Part shown: positions 16,235 through 26,964 of the stretch, one piece after another
Position numbering within the stretch: position 1 is the stretch's first letter
Layout: each line of letters starts with the position of its first letter
Virus record (IMG/VR): IMGVR_UViG_3300045135_000767
Span: 1-34,564 of that record
Strand: one strand, 5' to 3'
Length of the DNA: 34,564 nucleotides
Source of the DNA: a virus
Taxonomy: Duplodnaviria > Caudoviricetes
Made by a program: the position numbers and the translations under genes
The notes under the pieces: model-generated
Told to the model about the DNA's origin: nothing
The model's input: the letters and a program-made list of their open reading frames with translations, nothing else
The model's database searches: none

Positions 16235-18310
16235 ATGGCGATTAAGCGCATAGATTATTACGGTAGGTTTGAGCCAACGCCTGTTGATGAATCTGCTGCG
16301 CGTAGGTTTCAGGCTCTTGCTGGGCTAGCTAACACGGTTAGTGAGACAGCTATTAGGATTGGCGAAAGAGCACTAGAGAAGCGCGCGATTAAAGCAGAAA
16401 AAACTGGTATAGAGGCTGGTGAGTTAGCTGTTGGCGAAGCCGTAAAAACTGGCAACCTAGAGCTTAGATCAGGCGGCACCATATATGATGAGTCGTATAA
16501 CGATGCGCTAGAAGCTGGCTACCTTGCCCAAGTATCTACTGATGCTAAAAACGAGTTCACTAAGCTTATTGCTCAAGCGCCCGATGATACTGCGGCGTTT
16601 TCAGAATTGGCACAAAAGGCAATTGCTGGAATTAAAACAGGTGTAGACCCGCGTTATGTAGACGTTATTGACTCTACACTTAATAACTATTTATCTACCG
16701 CACAAACTAAAGTGTTTGCGGCAGAGCAAGCCAAGAACCGCAGAATAGCCAACGAAGCCAGGCTAGAGGCTATTCAGTCTGCCAGTGCTAGAGCTGCTAG
16801 TTTATCACGTGAAGGTAACCGCCAAGACGCCATGGCCGATGTCATGGAAGCTGAGGTTACTATTGACTCAATGGTGGCCACTGGTGATTTACCTGCCGAC
16901 AAAGCGGGTGAATTAAAGCGAGCCAATCGCCGCGAAGTCTTAGAGCAAGATTATAAATTCCAGCTAGACCAGAAGGTAGAGGCCGAAGGTTATTCTGCTG
17001 CATTCCAGGCTTTAGACAAGTTTGAGCGTGACCAAGACTTTACACCCGATGAGTGGGCGGCCTTCAAATCTAATGCCGCTACTGAGTTGAGTCGGGCTAA
17101 GTCTATTCAAGATGCAAGCCAAATTGCTGCCGACAAGCAAGCGAAGAAGGCAATAACTGATTACGAAAACTCCGTGTCTTTGGGCGTTGATGTTGACCCC
17201 GAGGTAAAAGTCCGTGTTCATGGATTGGTTGAAGGCACTGAGTATCAAGCGCAGTTTGAGCGAGTTAACACGGTTGCTACTTACTCCGTAATGCCGACTA
17301 AAGATCGCAATCAGGTCTTACAAAGGGCAGGTGAGGCGGCAAGCAAATTGGAAGGCATTGAAGATTACGCTGCCTTACTATCTGCTGAACAAAAGATTCG
17401 TGAAAGACTCAAGAAAGACGCGTTCCAGTTTGGCGTAGATCAGGGATTGGTTGAGTTCAAGCCATTTGATTACGCAGACCCTAACAGTTTGACTGAGCGT
17501 GTATCGCAAGCTGATACACTTGCCGAGCATTACGGTGTTCAGGTATCGCCATTAACTGAGGTTGAAGTATCTAATCTAGCCAACGGCATTAACAATATGA
17601 CCGTTGACGAGAAGATGGCTTTGGCTAATACCTTGTCACAAGCGCCTAGTTTGTGGGGCGAGCTAGACAAGAAGAATCAGAAAGCCTTTGCTATGGCTGG
17701 CGCTATTGGTGACCCAGAGGTAATGCGAGCAGTATTTCAAGGTCAGGAAATGATCCGAGAGAAACTGGTTCAGGTTCCAAGCAAGCAGGACTACCTCGCT
17801 ACGTTTGAGGATTACGTTCAAGACGTTTACGGTACTGACGACAAAGCGGCGATTATGCAAGCTGCCATTGCACACTATTCTGCCGTACAGATACCAGGCG
17901 AATTGTTTGATGGTGACCTGTTTGAGGAGTCATTAAACGCTGTTGCTGGTACGATGGAAGAAGTGAATGGGTTTAGGACTGTCATGCCAAGAGGCGTTGA
18001 CCCCGATCAGTTCGAGACATTCATTGATAACATTGACGCTGATTACATTGAGTCTATTGGCGGTGTTGCCAATATGACAACCGAAATGGCCGTTGATGTT
18101 ATTAAGAATTCTCGGCTATATGCTACTGGCGAAAACTTCTACGAGGTTCGCGTTAACGGTATGCAAAGTCTAATGAAGAAGGACGGCACGCCTTTGGTAA
18201 TCTCATACACGCCCGAAGCTGCTGGTGGCGTATCTGCGAGAGACCAAGCAAGACGGCGCAAGGCACAAGAAGAAAACCTAGCCACTATTAGAGCGTTGAG
18301 AGGTCGATAA
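16235..18310 (+). CDS. Internal virion / ejection protein
   Basis: 691 aa, helical and Ala-rich; synteny. Confidence 0.7.
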   Translation: MAIKRIDYYGRFEPTPVDESAARRFQALAGLANTVSETAIRIGERALEKRAIKAEKTGIEAGELAVGEAVKTGNLELRSGGTIYDESYNDALEAGYLAQVSTDAKNEFTKLIAQAPDDTAAFSELAQKAIAGIKTGVDPRYVDVIDSTLNNYLSTAQTKVFAAEQAKNRRIANEARLEAIQSASARAASLSREGNRQDAMADVMEAEVTIDSMVATGDLPADKAGELKRANRREVLEQDYKFQLDQKVEAEGYSAAFQALDKFERDQDFTPDEWAAFKSNAATELSRAKSIQDASQIAADKQAKKAITDYENSVSLGVDVDPEVKVRVHGLVEGTEYQAQFERVNTVATYSVMPTKDRNQVLQRAGEAASKLEGIEDYAALLSAEQKIRERLKKDAFQFGVDQGLVEFKPFDYADPNSLTERVSQADTLAEHYGVQVSPLTEVEVSNLANGINNMTVDEKMALANTLSQAPSLWGELDKKNQKAFAMAGAIGDPEVMRAVFQGQEMIREKLVQVPSKQDYLATFEDYVQDVYGTDDKAAIMQAAIAHYSAVQIPGELFDGDLFEESLNAVAGTMEEVNGFRTVMPRGVDPDQFETFIDNIDADYIESIGGVANMTTEMAVDVIKNSRLYATGENFYEVRVNGMQSLMKKDGTPLVISYTPEAAGGVSARDQARRRKAQEENLATIRALRGR

Positions 18311-19833
18311 TGGCTTTTGTTTCACTAAGAGACAAGCGGTCAAGAGCACAACAACTGGTTGCTTATGAGCCAGTGGAAACGCCTGAATTCGAAGAAGTCT
18401 TTGATGCTGCTGTCGGTCAGGTTGTGGACGAAGAAATGTCAATTTCTGCCTACCTTAATATGGAAGAATTTGACGATAGAAAGCGCAAGGTAAAACAATT
18501 AGCTGACGATGGTTTCGATATCAATAAATACACCAGCATTACGGGTGTTATTGATTACGACCGAATCGCTAGGGATACAGGGCAGGTTAAGACAGACGAG
18601 GAATTATTCCAAAGACGCAATGACTTATTGGCAAGACGAAGACAGTACCGAGAAGAAGTATTTGAGCGTGGTAATGGCATGGCTCAATTCTTTGGCATGG
18701 CTACTGGTTTCATGCTTGACCCTATCAACATTGCCACACTGCCTGTTGCAACTGCTGGCGTTTCCCTAAAATCTTTAGGCACTCTCGGTGCCGCTATGAC
18801 GGTGGCAAAAAGAGAGGCTGCGCTAGCAACTGCTAGTGAATTGGGCATTCAGGCGTTTGTCTATCAACATAAACACGACATTAATTCACCATACAGCGCA
18901 GGTGATGCTATTGCGAATATCGCTATGGCCGCCACTGGTGCGGCTGTTGTTGGTGGTATTACGGGTGGATTGTCTGGCTACTTTGGTAGGGTTCGAGAAG
19001 CGGCGCTAGACAATGCTGATATCAAACCTAATTCGCCAGAGGCATTGGCTGTAGAACAACTCCAAAGAATGGAAGGCACCATTCGCATGGCGAAAGAATC
19101 TGGTGAGATTGATATCCCAGATTTTGCACAAATACGCCAAGAGTTTTTAGAAGAAGTCAGGGCCGACCTAACAGCTAAGGCTGGTAATAAATTAGACCGA
19201 GGCCAGCGCAAGCAGATAGCTGCCGAGCTTGCAGACCTAGAGGGAAGATTAGGTAGGGTCACTGAAGAAATAGAGCCTGTAACACCTAGAAAAGGTGTGC
19301 CCGCAAGACAAGCTAAGCGTGAAGCGGTAGAGGCTGGTCAACGAATAGCGGCTGAAGAACGCAAAATAATTCAGGATCGCATTGATATTTTAAGTCGCCA
19401 GCTAGATGCGGATAAGATTGCTAGCGAGGCTGAGGCCGATTTAACGAGAATCTCTCAGGATGTTATCCCCGAGACCTATCAAAGACGCCTAGATGAGTTA
19501 AGACTTCAGCGCGAGGTTGAGGCAGACGTTAACTTCTTGCGCGAGTATGAATCGCGTTTAGAGACATATAACGAGCCATCACGTAAAGCTGAAAACTATG
19601 TACAGCCACAGCCACAAAAAGCGGCACCTGCTAGCGTTACTGCTAGAGAGCGTGACATACTAGAGCGTAATGGTTGGGCAGAAGATTATGACGCTGATAT
19701 CCAGGCATTTAAGAATTTAGAGACCAAGCAACTTGTGGTTGATGGTGAAGTGGTAGATGCCGAACAGATCATGAAAGAGCTTGATGACGAGATTGAAGGC
19801 ATAAACAGCGTATTGGAGTGTGCTCTTGGCTAG
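18310..19833 (+). CDS. Internal virion / ejection protein
   Basis: 507 aa; DPIN motif then hydrophobic Gly/Ala helices and coiled coil. Confidence 0.7.
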   Translation: MAFVSLRDKRSRAQQLVAYEPVETPEFEEVFDAAVGQVVDEEMSISAYLNMEEFDDRKRKVKQLADDGFDINKYTSITGVIDYDRIARDTGQVKTDEELFQRRNDLLARRRQYREEVFERGNGMAQFFGMATGFMLDPINIATLPVATAGVSLKSLGTLGAAMTVAKREAALATASELGIQAFVYQHKHDINSPYSAGDAIANIAMAATGAAVVGGITGGLSGYFGRVREAALDNADIKPNSPEALAVEQLQRMEGTIRMAKESGEIDIPDFAQIRQEFLEEVRADLTAKAGNKLDRGQRKQIAAELADLEGRLGRVTEEIEPVTPRKGVPARQAKREAVEAGQRIAAEERKIIQDRIDILSRQLDADKIASEAEADLTRISQDVIPETYQRRLDELRLQREVEADVNFLREYESRLETYNEPSRKAENYVQPQPQKAAPASVTARERDILERNGWAEDYDADIQAFKNLETKQLVVDGEVVDAEQIMKELDDEIEGINSVLECALG

Positions 19834-22126
19834 CTTTAACGAATGTATTGATATCGCTTTAAAGAACAAGCGAATCTCAAAAGATGTTGCCCAAGCCATA
19901 TTGGATGCTGACGATCCCAATGCGGCTATTGATGATGTCTTAGGGAATCTATCAAGACAGCGCAGAGAGACTGCTATTCAGGCTGTACGCTTTGCCCAGG
20001 CTATGGACGATATACGCTCACACCCACAAGGCATGTACTATGGGTTAACGGCTCTTATGACCAAAGACCCAAGAGGCGTGTCTAGCTATAACAATGTCGA
20101 ATATCTTGGTAAGTTTTACGAGGGTAAGTATCACTCTAAATTTGCCGATGCGCTTAGTAAATTCAGAACGAAAATGTTTGGCCTAACTCAGGATGAAGAA
20201 GGGTTAAATAAATTAGTTCGCGCTATCTATGGTGAAGCGGTAGACGATCCTGAGATTGAGAAGTTTGCCAAACAGTGGCTCGACCTAACCGATGAGATAC
20301 GTGCAGACTTTAATGCGCGTGGTGGCTCTATCTCTAAGAATGAGCGGTGGTTTATGCCGCAAAAGCATGATGGCGTAGCCATTGAGAAGCTAGGGCGCGA
20401 GACTTGGAAAGAGGAAATCAAGCCCCTGCTAGATCGTCAGTTTATGCTAGACGATACGGGCAAGCCGTTAGGTGATGCCGAGTATGACGAAATGCTTGAT
20501 TATGTTTATGAAACCATTACCACTGGTGGACTAAACAAAGTTAAAGAAATGACCGTACCCAGAATGGGCAAGAAGCTAGCTAGGAAAGGTAGCGAGCGGC
20601 GCGTTTTGTATTTTAAAGATGCCGAGTCTTGGATTGCCTACCAGAATAAATTCGGTAAAGGTGATGTTTTCACCACTCTAACAGACCATATTAATGCATT
20701 TGCTAATGATGTAGCGTTGATGGAGCGGTTCGGCCCAAGCCCTGAGACTACCTACCAAGCACTGCGCGCTATGGTTGATCGCGAGGCTAGATTGACTGGC
20801 CCACAAAAGGCAATGTCTGACGCTATTTTTAACGTGGTATCTGGCAAGTTAAACCAAGGTGAATTGACTGGCCTAGCTGATTTCATGCAGACCACCAGAA
20901 ACCTGTTAACTGCTGCCACATTAGGTAAGGCGTTTTTATCCGCAATATCTGACGTAGGCTTTCAGGCAATCACCGCTAAGTTTAACAACATCCCTGCATA
21001 CAAGGTGATAAGCAGACAGCTAAGTTTGCTAAATCCTACGAATGAAGCAGATAGAATCTTTGCCACTAAAATTGGGTTGATCTCTGAGGCCGTGAATCGC
21101 GCTGCGGCGGCGAATAGATACTCTGATATCTACGGTACTGGTAAAAGCACAAAGGTCGCTGAATTCGTTATGAGAGCGTCTCTGCTAGAGCCATGGACGG
21201 ATATGGGCAGAAAGGCATTTGGTATGGAGTTTTCATCCATGCTGGCCGATAACTTCGGTAAGACAGTAGATGAGTTAGACCCTATCTTACAAAACCGATT
21301 TGAAGCGTACGGTATTACGGCTGACGATTGGAATGTATTTAGAAAGCAAAAACCCGTAACGCACAAGAAGGCTAAGTTTGCCGATATGCTGCAAGAGCGT
21401 GGTGAGAAGTTTCACCGAATGGTATTGGCTGAGACTGATTACGCAGTGCCTTCACCTGACGCTAGGGTTAGAGCTATTACCACTGCGGGACAAGGTAGGG
21501 CTACGGTAGCAGGGCAGGGCATTAGAACCATTATGATGCTTAAATCGTTCCCTATTACTATCGCTTTGACGCATTTGCATAGGGCGGCGTTCCAGGCTAC
21601 TGCTGGCCAGAAGCTGCAATACTTGGGCTTGATGATGACCACTACTACGGTATTGGGTGCTCTAGCGTTACAGGCTAAAGATATTGCGGCAGGCCGAGAG
21701 CCAAGACCGATGGATAACAAAGAGTTTTTCGCTGCGGCAATTGCTCAAGGTGGCGGCATTGGTATCTTTGGTGACTATTTATTTTCTGACGTTAACCGCT
21801 TTGGTGGTGGCCCAGTGCAAACTGCATTCGGCCCTACTGGGCAATTAGCAGAAGACACATTCAGATTAACCATGGGCAATATCCAAGAAGCTATTAAGGG
21901 TGAAGAAACAAACATACTCGGTGAGTCCGTTAAGTATGTGGAACGGTATACGCCTGATATATGGCAAACCCATTTATTCAAAAACGCGATGTTTGATCAA
22001 ATAGAAATGTTGGCTGACCCAGATGCGCAAAGGAAGTATAATCGCATGATGAGGAAGCGCCAGCGCGACTATCAACAAGATTATTGGTGGAAACCAGGCG
22101 AACCATTACCAGAGGCTCTACAATGA
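19826..22126 (+). CDS. Large internal virion protein (gp16-like)
   Basis: Likely TTG start after GGAG; MLKSFPI, QAKDIAAGREP, GGGIGIFGD, YWWKPGE. Confidence 0.75.
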   Translation: MASFNECIDIALKNKRISKDVAQAILDADDPNAAIDDVLGNLSRQRRETAIQAVRFAQAMDDIRSHPQGMYYGLTALMTKDPRGVSSYNNVEYLGKFYEGKYHSKFADALSKFRTKMFGLTQDEEGLNKLVRAIYGEAVDDPEIEKFAKQWLDLTDEIRADFNARGGSISKNERWFMPQKHDGVAIEKLGRETWKEEIKPLLDRQFMLDDTGKPLGDAEYDEMLDYVYETITTGGLNKVKEMTVPRMGKKLARKGSERRVLYFKDAESWIAYQNKFGKGDVFTTLTDHINAFANDVALMERFGPSPETTYQALRAMVDREARLTGPQKAMSDAIFNVVSGKLNQGELTGLADFMQTTRNLLTAATLGKAFLSAISDVGFQAITAKFNNIPAYKVISRQLSLLNPTNEADRIFATKIGLISEAVNRAAAANRYSDIYGTGKSTKVAEFVMRASLLEPWTDMGRKAFGMEFSSMLADNFGKTVDELDPILQNRFEAYGITADDWNVFRKQKPVTHKKAKFADMLQERGEKFHRMVLAETDYAVPSPDARVRAITTAGQGRATVAGQGIRTIMMLKSFPITIALTHLHRAAFQATAGQKLQYLGLMMTTTTVLGALALQAKDIAAGREPRPMDNKEFFAAAIAQGGGIGIFGDYLFSDVNRFGGGPVQTAFGPTGQLAEDTFRLTMGNIQEAIKGEETNILGESVKYVERYTPDIWQTHLFKNAMFDQIEMLADPDAQRKYNRMMRKRQRDYQQDYWWKPGEPLPEALQ

Positions 22127-24426
22127 CAGTATCCAGCACAACAAGCCGTAACCAGTACACTGCAACCAGTGGGCAGACTGTATTCCCATATAGTTTTGAA
22201 ATTTTCGATAAGGATGATGTCGCTGTATTACAGAACGGCACACTCTTATCTGAGGGTACAAACTATACCGTATCGGGCGTGGGTAATAACTCAGGCGGCA
22301 ATATCACATTAGTGGTAGGTGCTACGGCTGGTGATGTCCTCACTATCTACCGTGATATGGCGTACCAGCGTTTGACGGATTATCAAAACTCAGGTGACTT
22401 CTTAGCACAAGAAGTGAACGACGACTTTGATAGATTGTGGCTAGCTGTACAGCAGAATGAGCAAGGTACAGATCGAGCCATTGTTAAGCCGATTACTGAC
22501 GCACCGTCTATTGATATGACGCTGCCATCTGCTACTAGCCGAGCAAATAGCTTTTTAACTTTCGATTTAACTGGTGCGGTAACCACTACCCCGCTAGCAA
22601 GCCCACTAAGCCCATCCGTTATTGCGCGTCAAAAATTTACAGGTAACGGATCAACAACTGTATTTACTCTAGCGGCTGATCCAGGCTCCCCTGCTGCTGT
22701 TGTTATATACATTGACGGCGTGTATCAGGAAGAAGGCACTTATAGCATAACTGGGACTACTCTAACATTCACAGAAGAACCACCTGTTAATGCAGGCATT
22801 GAGGTTGTTAGCTACAAAGTATCAGCGATTGGCACAACCGATGCTAACTCTGTTACCTATACACCCGCTGGCACTGGTGCTGTACAGACAAGCGTACAGT
22901 CTAAGCTCAGAGAGACTGTATCGGTCAAAGACTTTGGTGCAGTGGGTGACGGTGTTACTGATGATACAGCGGCTATTCAGGCTGCTCTAAATACACAAAA
23001 ACCAATAATTTTAGAAGATGGTGCAAACTATAAAATCACTAATACGTTAACGGCATATAACTCCATAACAGGTAAAGCGACAATCACTCTTGATGCAAGC
23101 TCTACAAATTGCATTGAAATTACTTCAAGAAGTGAATTTGAGTTTTCAAAGTTTTCTATTATTTCAACAAACACAAGCGATCTATTTAGCAATGTTGCTC
23201 AAGGTATAGAAATCAACTCTTGCAGTAATTTTAAAATTGATGGTTTGTCGGTAACTTATTTTACTGATGGAATATCCGTATCGACTAGTGATGCCTTTAT
23301 AATCGAAAACAATAAAATTAAAGAAATCGGCCAAGAATTAATTGCCGTCAGATACTGTGCTGGCTGGTCTGTTATCAATAACTATGGATATCACCATAAT
23401 GGTGATGGCATTTTGATTAAGGGCAATGCGTTACATGGCGGTTTAATTGAAGGCAATACAGTTAAACTTGGTGTCAATACTTATGGGTATGCAGTAAAAG
23501 GCGGCGGTATTACTTGTAATTTAGAGGGTGGTGATATTACCGCGATACGCGGATTAACAATAGCTAACAATATTGTATCCGAAACAAGCTACGGCATAAG
23601 TCTTGTTGCCCCGTTATTTTTTACAATTACTGGGAACAAAATACTAGATCTTGTTGATGGAAAAGGTATTGATCTTGTTGAAGCTACAACATACAACCCG
23701 AATTCTGTTCCGGGTGGACGAGGCGTTATATCTAATAACGTGATTAGCAATATTGCTGATGATGAGGGTATAAGAGTTAGACTTGATGGAACTGTTACTA
23801 ACTTACCGTGCATTATAAGCAATAACTTTGTTGATATTGTCAATAGTATTCAAAACTGCATTAATGCTCAGGGTTGTGTTGTATCAAACAATATGACTCG
23901 GAATGGAAGAATTAGTTTAACCGCTGAAGATTGCGTTATTGAAGGTAATATTTTTCAAAACACCGCTTCTACTGCCGATGCTGGAATCAAATTATTTGGA
24001 AATACAGTATTTGCAAATAACCTTATGAATGGATGGAATAATTACATTCAGGTTAGGGCTGATTTTGACGGGTCAATTACTGGAAACGTCATTAGCACCA
24101 CATCATCTCAAGCTGCTATTACTATTTTAAGTGGTGCCAAAGGATCGGCTTCAGATAATAACATTGTTAACTCTGGGGCTGGGCCATCTATTACTCAGTT
24201 TGATGGCTTGTTTAGTATTGATAGGTTTACTCAAAGACGCTTAGCGCACCAAATTAGAACTGCCGCGCCGACCGCTGGAACATGGCAGCTTGGCGATTTT
24301 GTTTGGAATGCTGCCCCTGGGGTTGATGCAAATAGCATGACAATATTAGGTTGGGTTTGTGTGACAGCAGGAACTCCAGGAACATGGGTTGCCACTAGAA
24401 CATCTACTGTAAGCCCAGCGGTGTAA
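22123..24426 (+). CDS. Tail fibre/tailspike 1: gp17-like anchor plus beta-helix
   Basis: YTATSGQTVFPYSF...DFDRLWL anchor; VSVKDFGAVGDGVTDDTAAIQAA; Asn-ladder repeats. Confidence 0.88.
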   Translation: MTVSSTTSRNQYTATSGQTVFPYSFEIFDKDDVAVLQNGTLLSEGTNYTVSGVGNNSGGNITLVVGATAGDVLTIYRDMAYQRLTDYQNSGDFLAQEVNDDFDRLWLAVQQNEQGTDRAIVKPITDAPSIDMTLPSATSRANSFLTFDLTGAVTTTPLASPLSPSVIARQKFTGNGSTTVFTLAADPGSPAAVVIYIDGVYQEEGTYSITGTTLTFTEEPPVNAGIEVVSYKVSAIGTTDANSVTYTPAGTGAVQTSVQSKLRETVSVKDFGAVGDGVTDDTAAIQAALNTQKPIILEDGANYKITNTLTAYNSITGKATITLDASSTNCIEITSRSEFEFSKFSIISTNTSDLFSNVAQGIEINSCSNFKIDGLSVTYFTDGISVSTSDAFIIENNKIKEIGQELIAVRYCAGWSVINNYGYHHNGDGILIKGNALHGGLIEGNTVKLGVNTYGYAVKGGGITCNLEGGDITAIRGLTIANNIVSETSYGISLVAPLFFTITGNKILDLVDGKGIDLVEATTYNPNSVPGGRGVISNNVISNIADDEGIRVRLDGTVTNLPCIISNNFVDIVNSIQNCINAQGCVVSNNMTRNGRISLTAEDCVIEGNIFQNTASTADAGIKLFGNTVFANNLMNGWNNYIQVRADFDGSITGNVISTTSSQAAITILSGAKGSASDNNIVNSGAGPSITQFDGLFSIDRFTQRRLAHQIRTAAPTAGTWQLGDFVWNAAPGVDANSMTILGWVCVTAGTPGTWVATRTSTVSPAV

Positions 24427-24427
24427 T

Positions 24428-24817
24428 ATGAACCTAAAAGACTTCACAGAACGCTACGTCTACAGGTATGACCCAAAGAGTTATGACCAGTGGCGCATCC
24501 CTAAACTAGAGGATGGTAAGTACCAAGACGATTGCGATGGCTTTTCATTGGGCGTTCTATACTACGTAGTCTGCGATGAGTCTTTATTCACCTTCTGGTA
24601 TCAACTTATTTTTGGTAAGGCTAAAATCCACTATGTTGATAACAATGGTGGTCACGCTGTTCTACAATTAGACGGCATGTACATAGACAATTGGACGAAA
24701 GAATGGGTAACTAAAGAGCACATGGAATCTCTAGGTCACAAGTTTCACCCGTGGATGTTTAACACATACCAAGTAGCAGTTAAGATGCTAATTACGAAAA
24801 TACGAGGAATATTCTGA
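24428..24817 (+). CDS. Transglutaminase-like cysteine protease (BTLCP-like)
   Basis: DDCDGF, GHAVL and YIDN give a Cys-His-Asp triad order. Confidence 0.6.
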   Translation: MNLKDFTERYVYRYDPKSYDQWRIPKLEDGKYQDDCDGFSLGVLYYVVCDESLFTFWYQLIFGKAKIHYVDNNGGHAVLQLDGMYIDNWTKEWVTKEHMESLGHKFHPWMFNTYQVAVKMLITKIRGIF

Positions 24818-26175
24818 TGGCATTAACGAAAGCACACAACCGAATGATTGCAGGGGCTATTACAAATGTCCTTGATTATGGTGCGGTCGGAGACGGTGCA
24901 ACGGACGATACAGCTGCGATACAGGCTGCGATTGATGCTGTTGCTGTTGCTGGAGGTGGTGAAATATTTTTCCCTGCTGGAGAATATAAGTGCAATGTAA
25001 CCCTAAAGAAATATGTCTCTTTAAGGGGTGAAGGGCCATTGGCTAGTATTTTAAAGCCGCAATCTGATGATCATGTAATTACGTTTGATAACACTGATAG
25101 CGTGCAATACTTAAAAATCGAAAGTATTGGAATTGAAGGCGATCAAACATTTACAAGTCAAGACGGCATCCACATGACTCCCGGTGCCGGAGATAGATAT
25201 AATTTTATTGTCTTTGACAATCTGCGGATAATAAATTGCGGGCGCTATGGAATCAGAGGCGTTGCCGCCGCAGACGGTACTGGCTTCCCATTTATCCAGT
25301 CAATTCACATTGAGCATTGCAGAATTGAAGGTTGTCTCAATGCTGGGATGAGTTTTGATGGAAGAGTATTGGAGTCAAGCGCTAGAGATACCGCGATAGT
25401 GCAGAATGGAGGCACTTCTGGAGCTAACAACAACGCTGAGTTGTTGTTGAATGCGACATTTGGCGGCGGTCCTCGACGATTCCTGTTTAGCAATTGCGCC
25501 TTAAATCATTTTCAAGCTATTTCAAGTGGCAACACTGGAACCGCTTTAAAACTTGAAGGCACTCAGCAAGCAATGGTTCAAAACTGTGATTTTGAATCTG
25601 CCGATCCTTTTATATCAATACTTAATTCTACATCAAGAGCAACAACGATTATCGGATGTAAGTTCCAAACATTGTATACCATTTCAAACGGCATAGATAT
25701 TGATGCAGGAAAAGGCATTTATATTGAAAACAATACGTTTAGCGCTACTGGCACAGCAACAAATGCAATCAATTCAAATGTTGTTGAAGGCCAAGTTTTA
25801 AATATCAATGTGGGATCGGCTAACTTTTTCTCTGGATACGCTCAAGCATGGGTGGATAATCCTGAGACAACCATTAGCTCTGGTGCAATTTCAATTTCAA
25901 GAACTACATTCACAGTAGATACGGAAGCAAATGCCGCAACAGATGATCTTGATTACATCAGGAATTCTGTTGGAAACAAAGCAATACCTGATGGACAGAT
26001 TATTGTCTTTGGTGCCGCTAATGGAGCAAGAACAGTCGTGGTCAAAAATGGCACTGGGAATATTAATTGCGGATCAGACATCACGCTTGATAACGGTCAA
26101 GACCGGGTAATGCTGTCATATAGCTCCGCGTCTGAAACTTGGAATCTGATATCTTTTTCAGATAATGGACCGTAA
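24817..26175 (+). CDS. Tailspike 2, pectate-lyase-3-like beta-helix
   Basis: NVLDYGAVGDGATDDTAAIQAAID...IFFPAGEY; short N-terminus. Confidence 0.85.
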   Translation: MALTKAHNRMIAGAITNVLDYGAVGDGATDDTAAIQAAIDAVAVAGGGEIFFPAGEYKCNVTLKKYVSLRGEGPLASILKPQSDDHVITFDNTDSVQYLKIESIGIEGDQTFTSQDGIHMTPGAGDRYNFIVFDNLRIINCGRYGIRGVAAADGTGFPFIQSIHIEHCRIEGCLNAGMSFDGRVLESSARDTAIVQNGGTSGANNNAELLLNATFGGGPRRFLFSNCALNHFQAISSGNTGTALKLEGTQQAMVQNCDFESADPFISILNSTSRATTIIGCKFQTLYTISNGIDIDAGKGIYIENNTFSATGTATNAINSNVVEGQVLNINVGSANFFSGYAQAWVDNPETTISSGAISISRTTFTVDTEANAATDDLDYIRNSVGNKAIPDGQIIVFGAANGARTVVVKNGTGNINCGSDITLDNGQDRVMLSYSSASETWNLISFSDNGP

Positions 26176-26222
26176 TTAATTAGGAGAGATTATGAGCATT
26201 ATTTTATTAATTGGAGTACAAG

Positions 26223-26738
26223 ATGACTGTTAAGCATTTAGGCGGTATTTTTGGCCGCAATCCAACATTTAACGATGTAACTATTGATGGCGGAATTTAT
26301 TTTGAGGATGGGCAGGCAGGTAATCTTCTTAATGACTATGAAGAAGGCACATTCACTTTTACACTCCGCGATGCAACATCAGGTGGCAATGTTTCACCTA
26401 CTACAGGAACCGCTAGATATACAAAAATAGGTCGAATAGTTCATATAGAGCTTCAATCGGCTGTGGGGAATATAGATACGACGGGGATGACATCAGGAAA
26501 TACCCTGTATTTTGATTTACCTTTTGCTAAAGGAATAGGGTTAGCAACTGGTAGCTGTGTATTAGGTAACTTTACCTTCCCAGCTGGATTCAGTGTCTTT
26601 ACGCCAGAAGCGTTTAGTGGCTCTGTAGGATTAATCAGAATGAGTGGAGATAATGTAGGCACGTTAGGGTTAAGGGTTAGCGATATTACGTCTGGAGCAA
26701 CAGACATTATAAGGCTCACATTAACTTATACAACTTGA
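26223..26738 (+). CDS. Tail-fibre-associated protein
   Basis: GGIFGRNPTF, LNDYEEGTFT, YTKIGRIV. Confidence 0.7.
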   Translation: MTVKHLGGIFGRNPTFNDVTIDGGIYFEDGQAGNLLNDYEEGTFTFTLRDATSGGNVSPTTGTARYTKIGRIVHIELQSAVGNIDTTGMTSGNTLYFDLPFAKGIGLATGSCVLGNFTFPAGFSVFTPEAFSGSVGLIRMSGDNVGTLGLRVSDITSGATDIIRLTLTYTT

Positions 26739-26749
26739 AGGGTGAAATA

Positions 26750-26962
26750 ATGTCATTAAATGAAGAGATAGTAGTGAACAAAATTGAAATAGTTGAGACA
26801 GAGGACGGCGTTTTTGTACAAGTCCGATCTACTGTTCGAGAATTTGACGGCGATACTTTGATTGCACAATCGCATCATCGTAATGTTATTAGTGCAAACG
26901 ATGATTATTCGTCCGAACCCGCAAACGTACAGGCCGCTTGTTTAGCGGCATTTGGAGAGTAA
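26750..26962 (+). CDS. Small tail-associated protein
   Basis: KIEIV..VQVR...SHHRNV...VQAACLA. Confidence 0.7.
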   Translation: MSLNEEIVVNKIEIVETEDGVFVQVRSTVREFDGDTLIAQSHHRNVISANDDYSSEPANVQAACLAAFGE

Positions 26963-26964
26963 TT

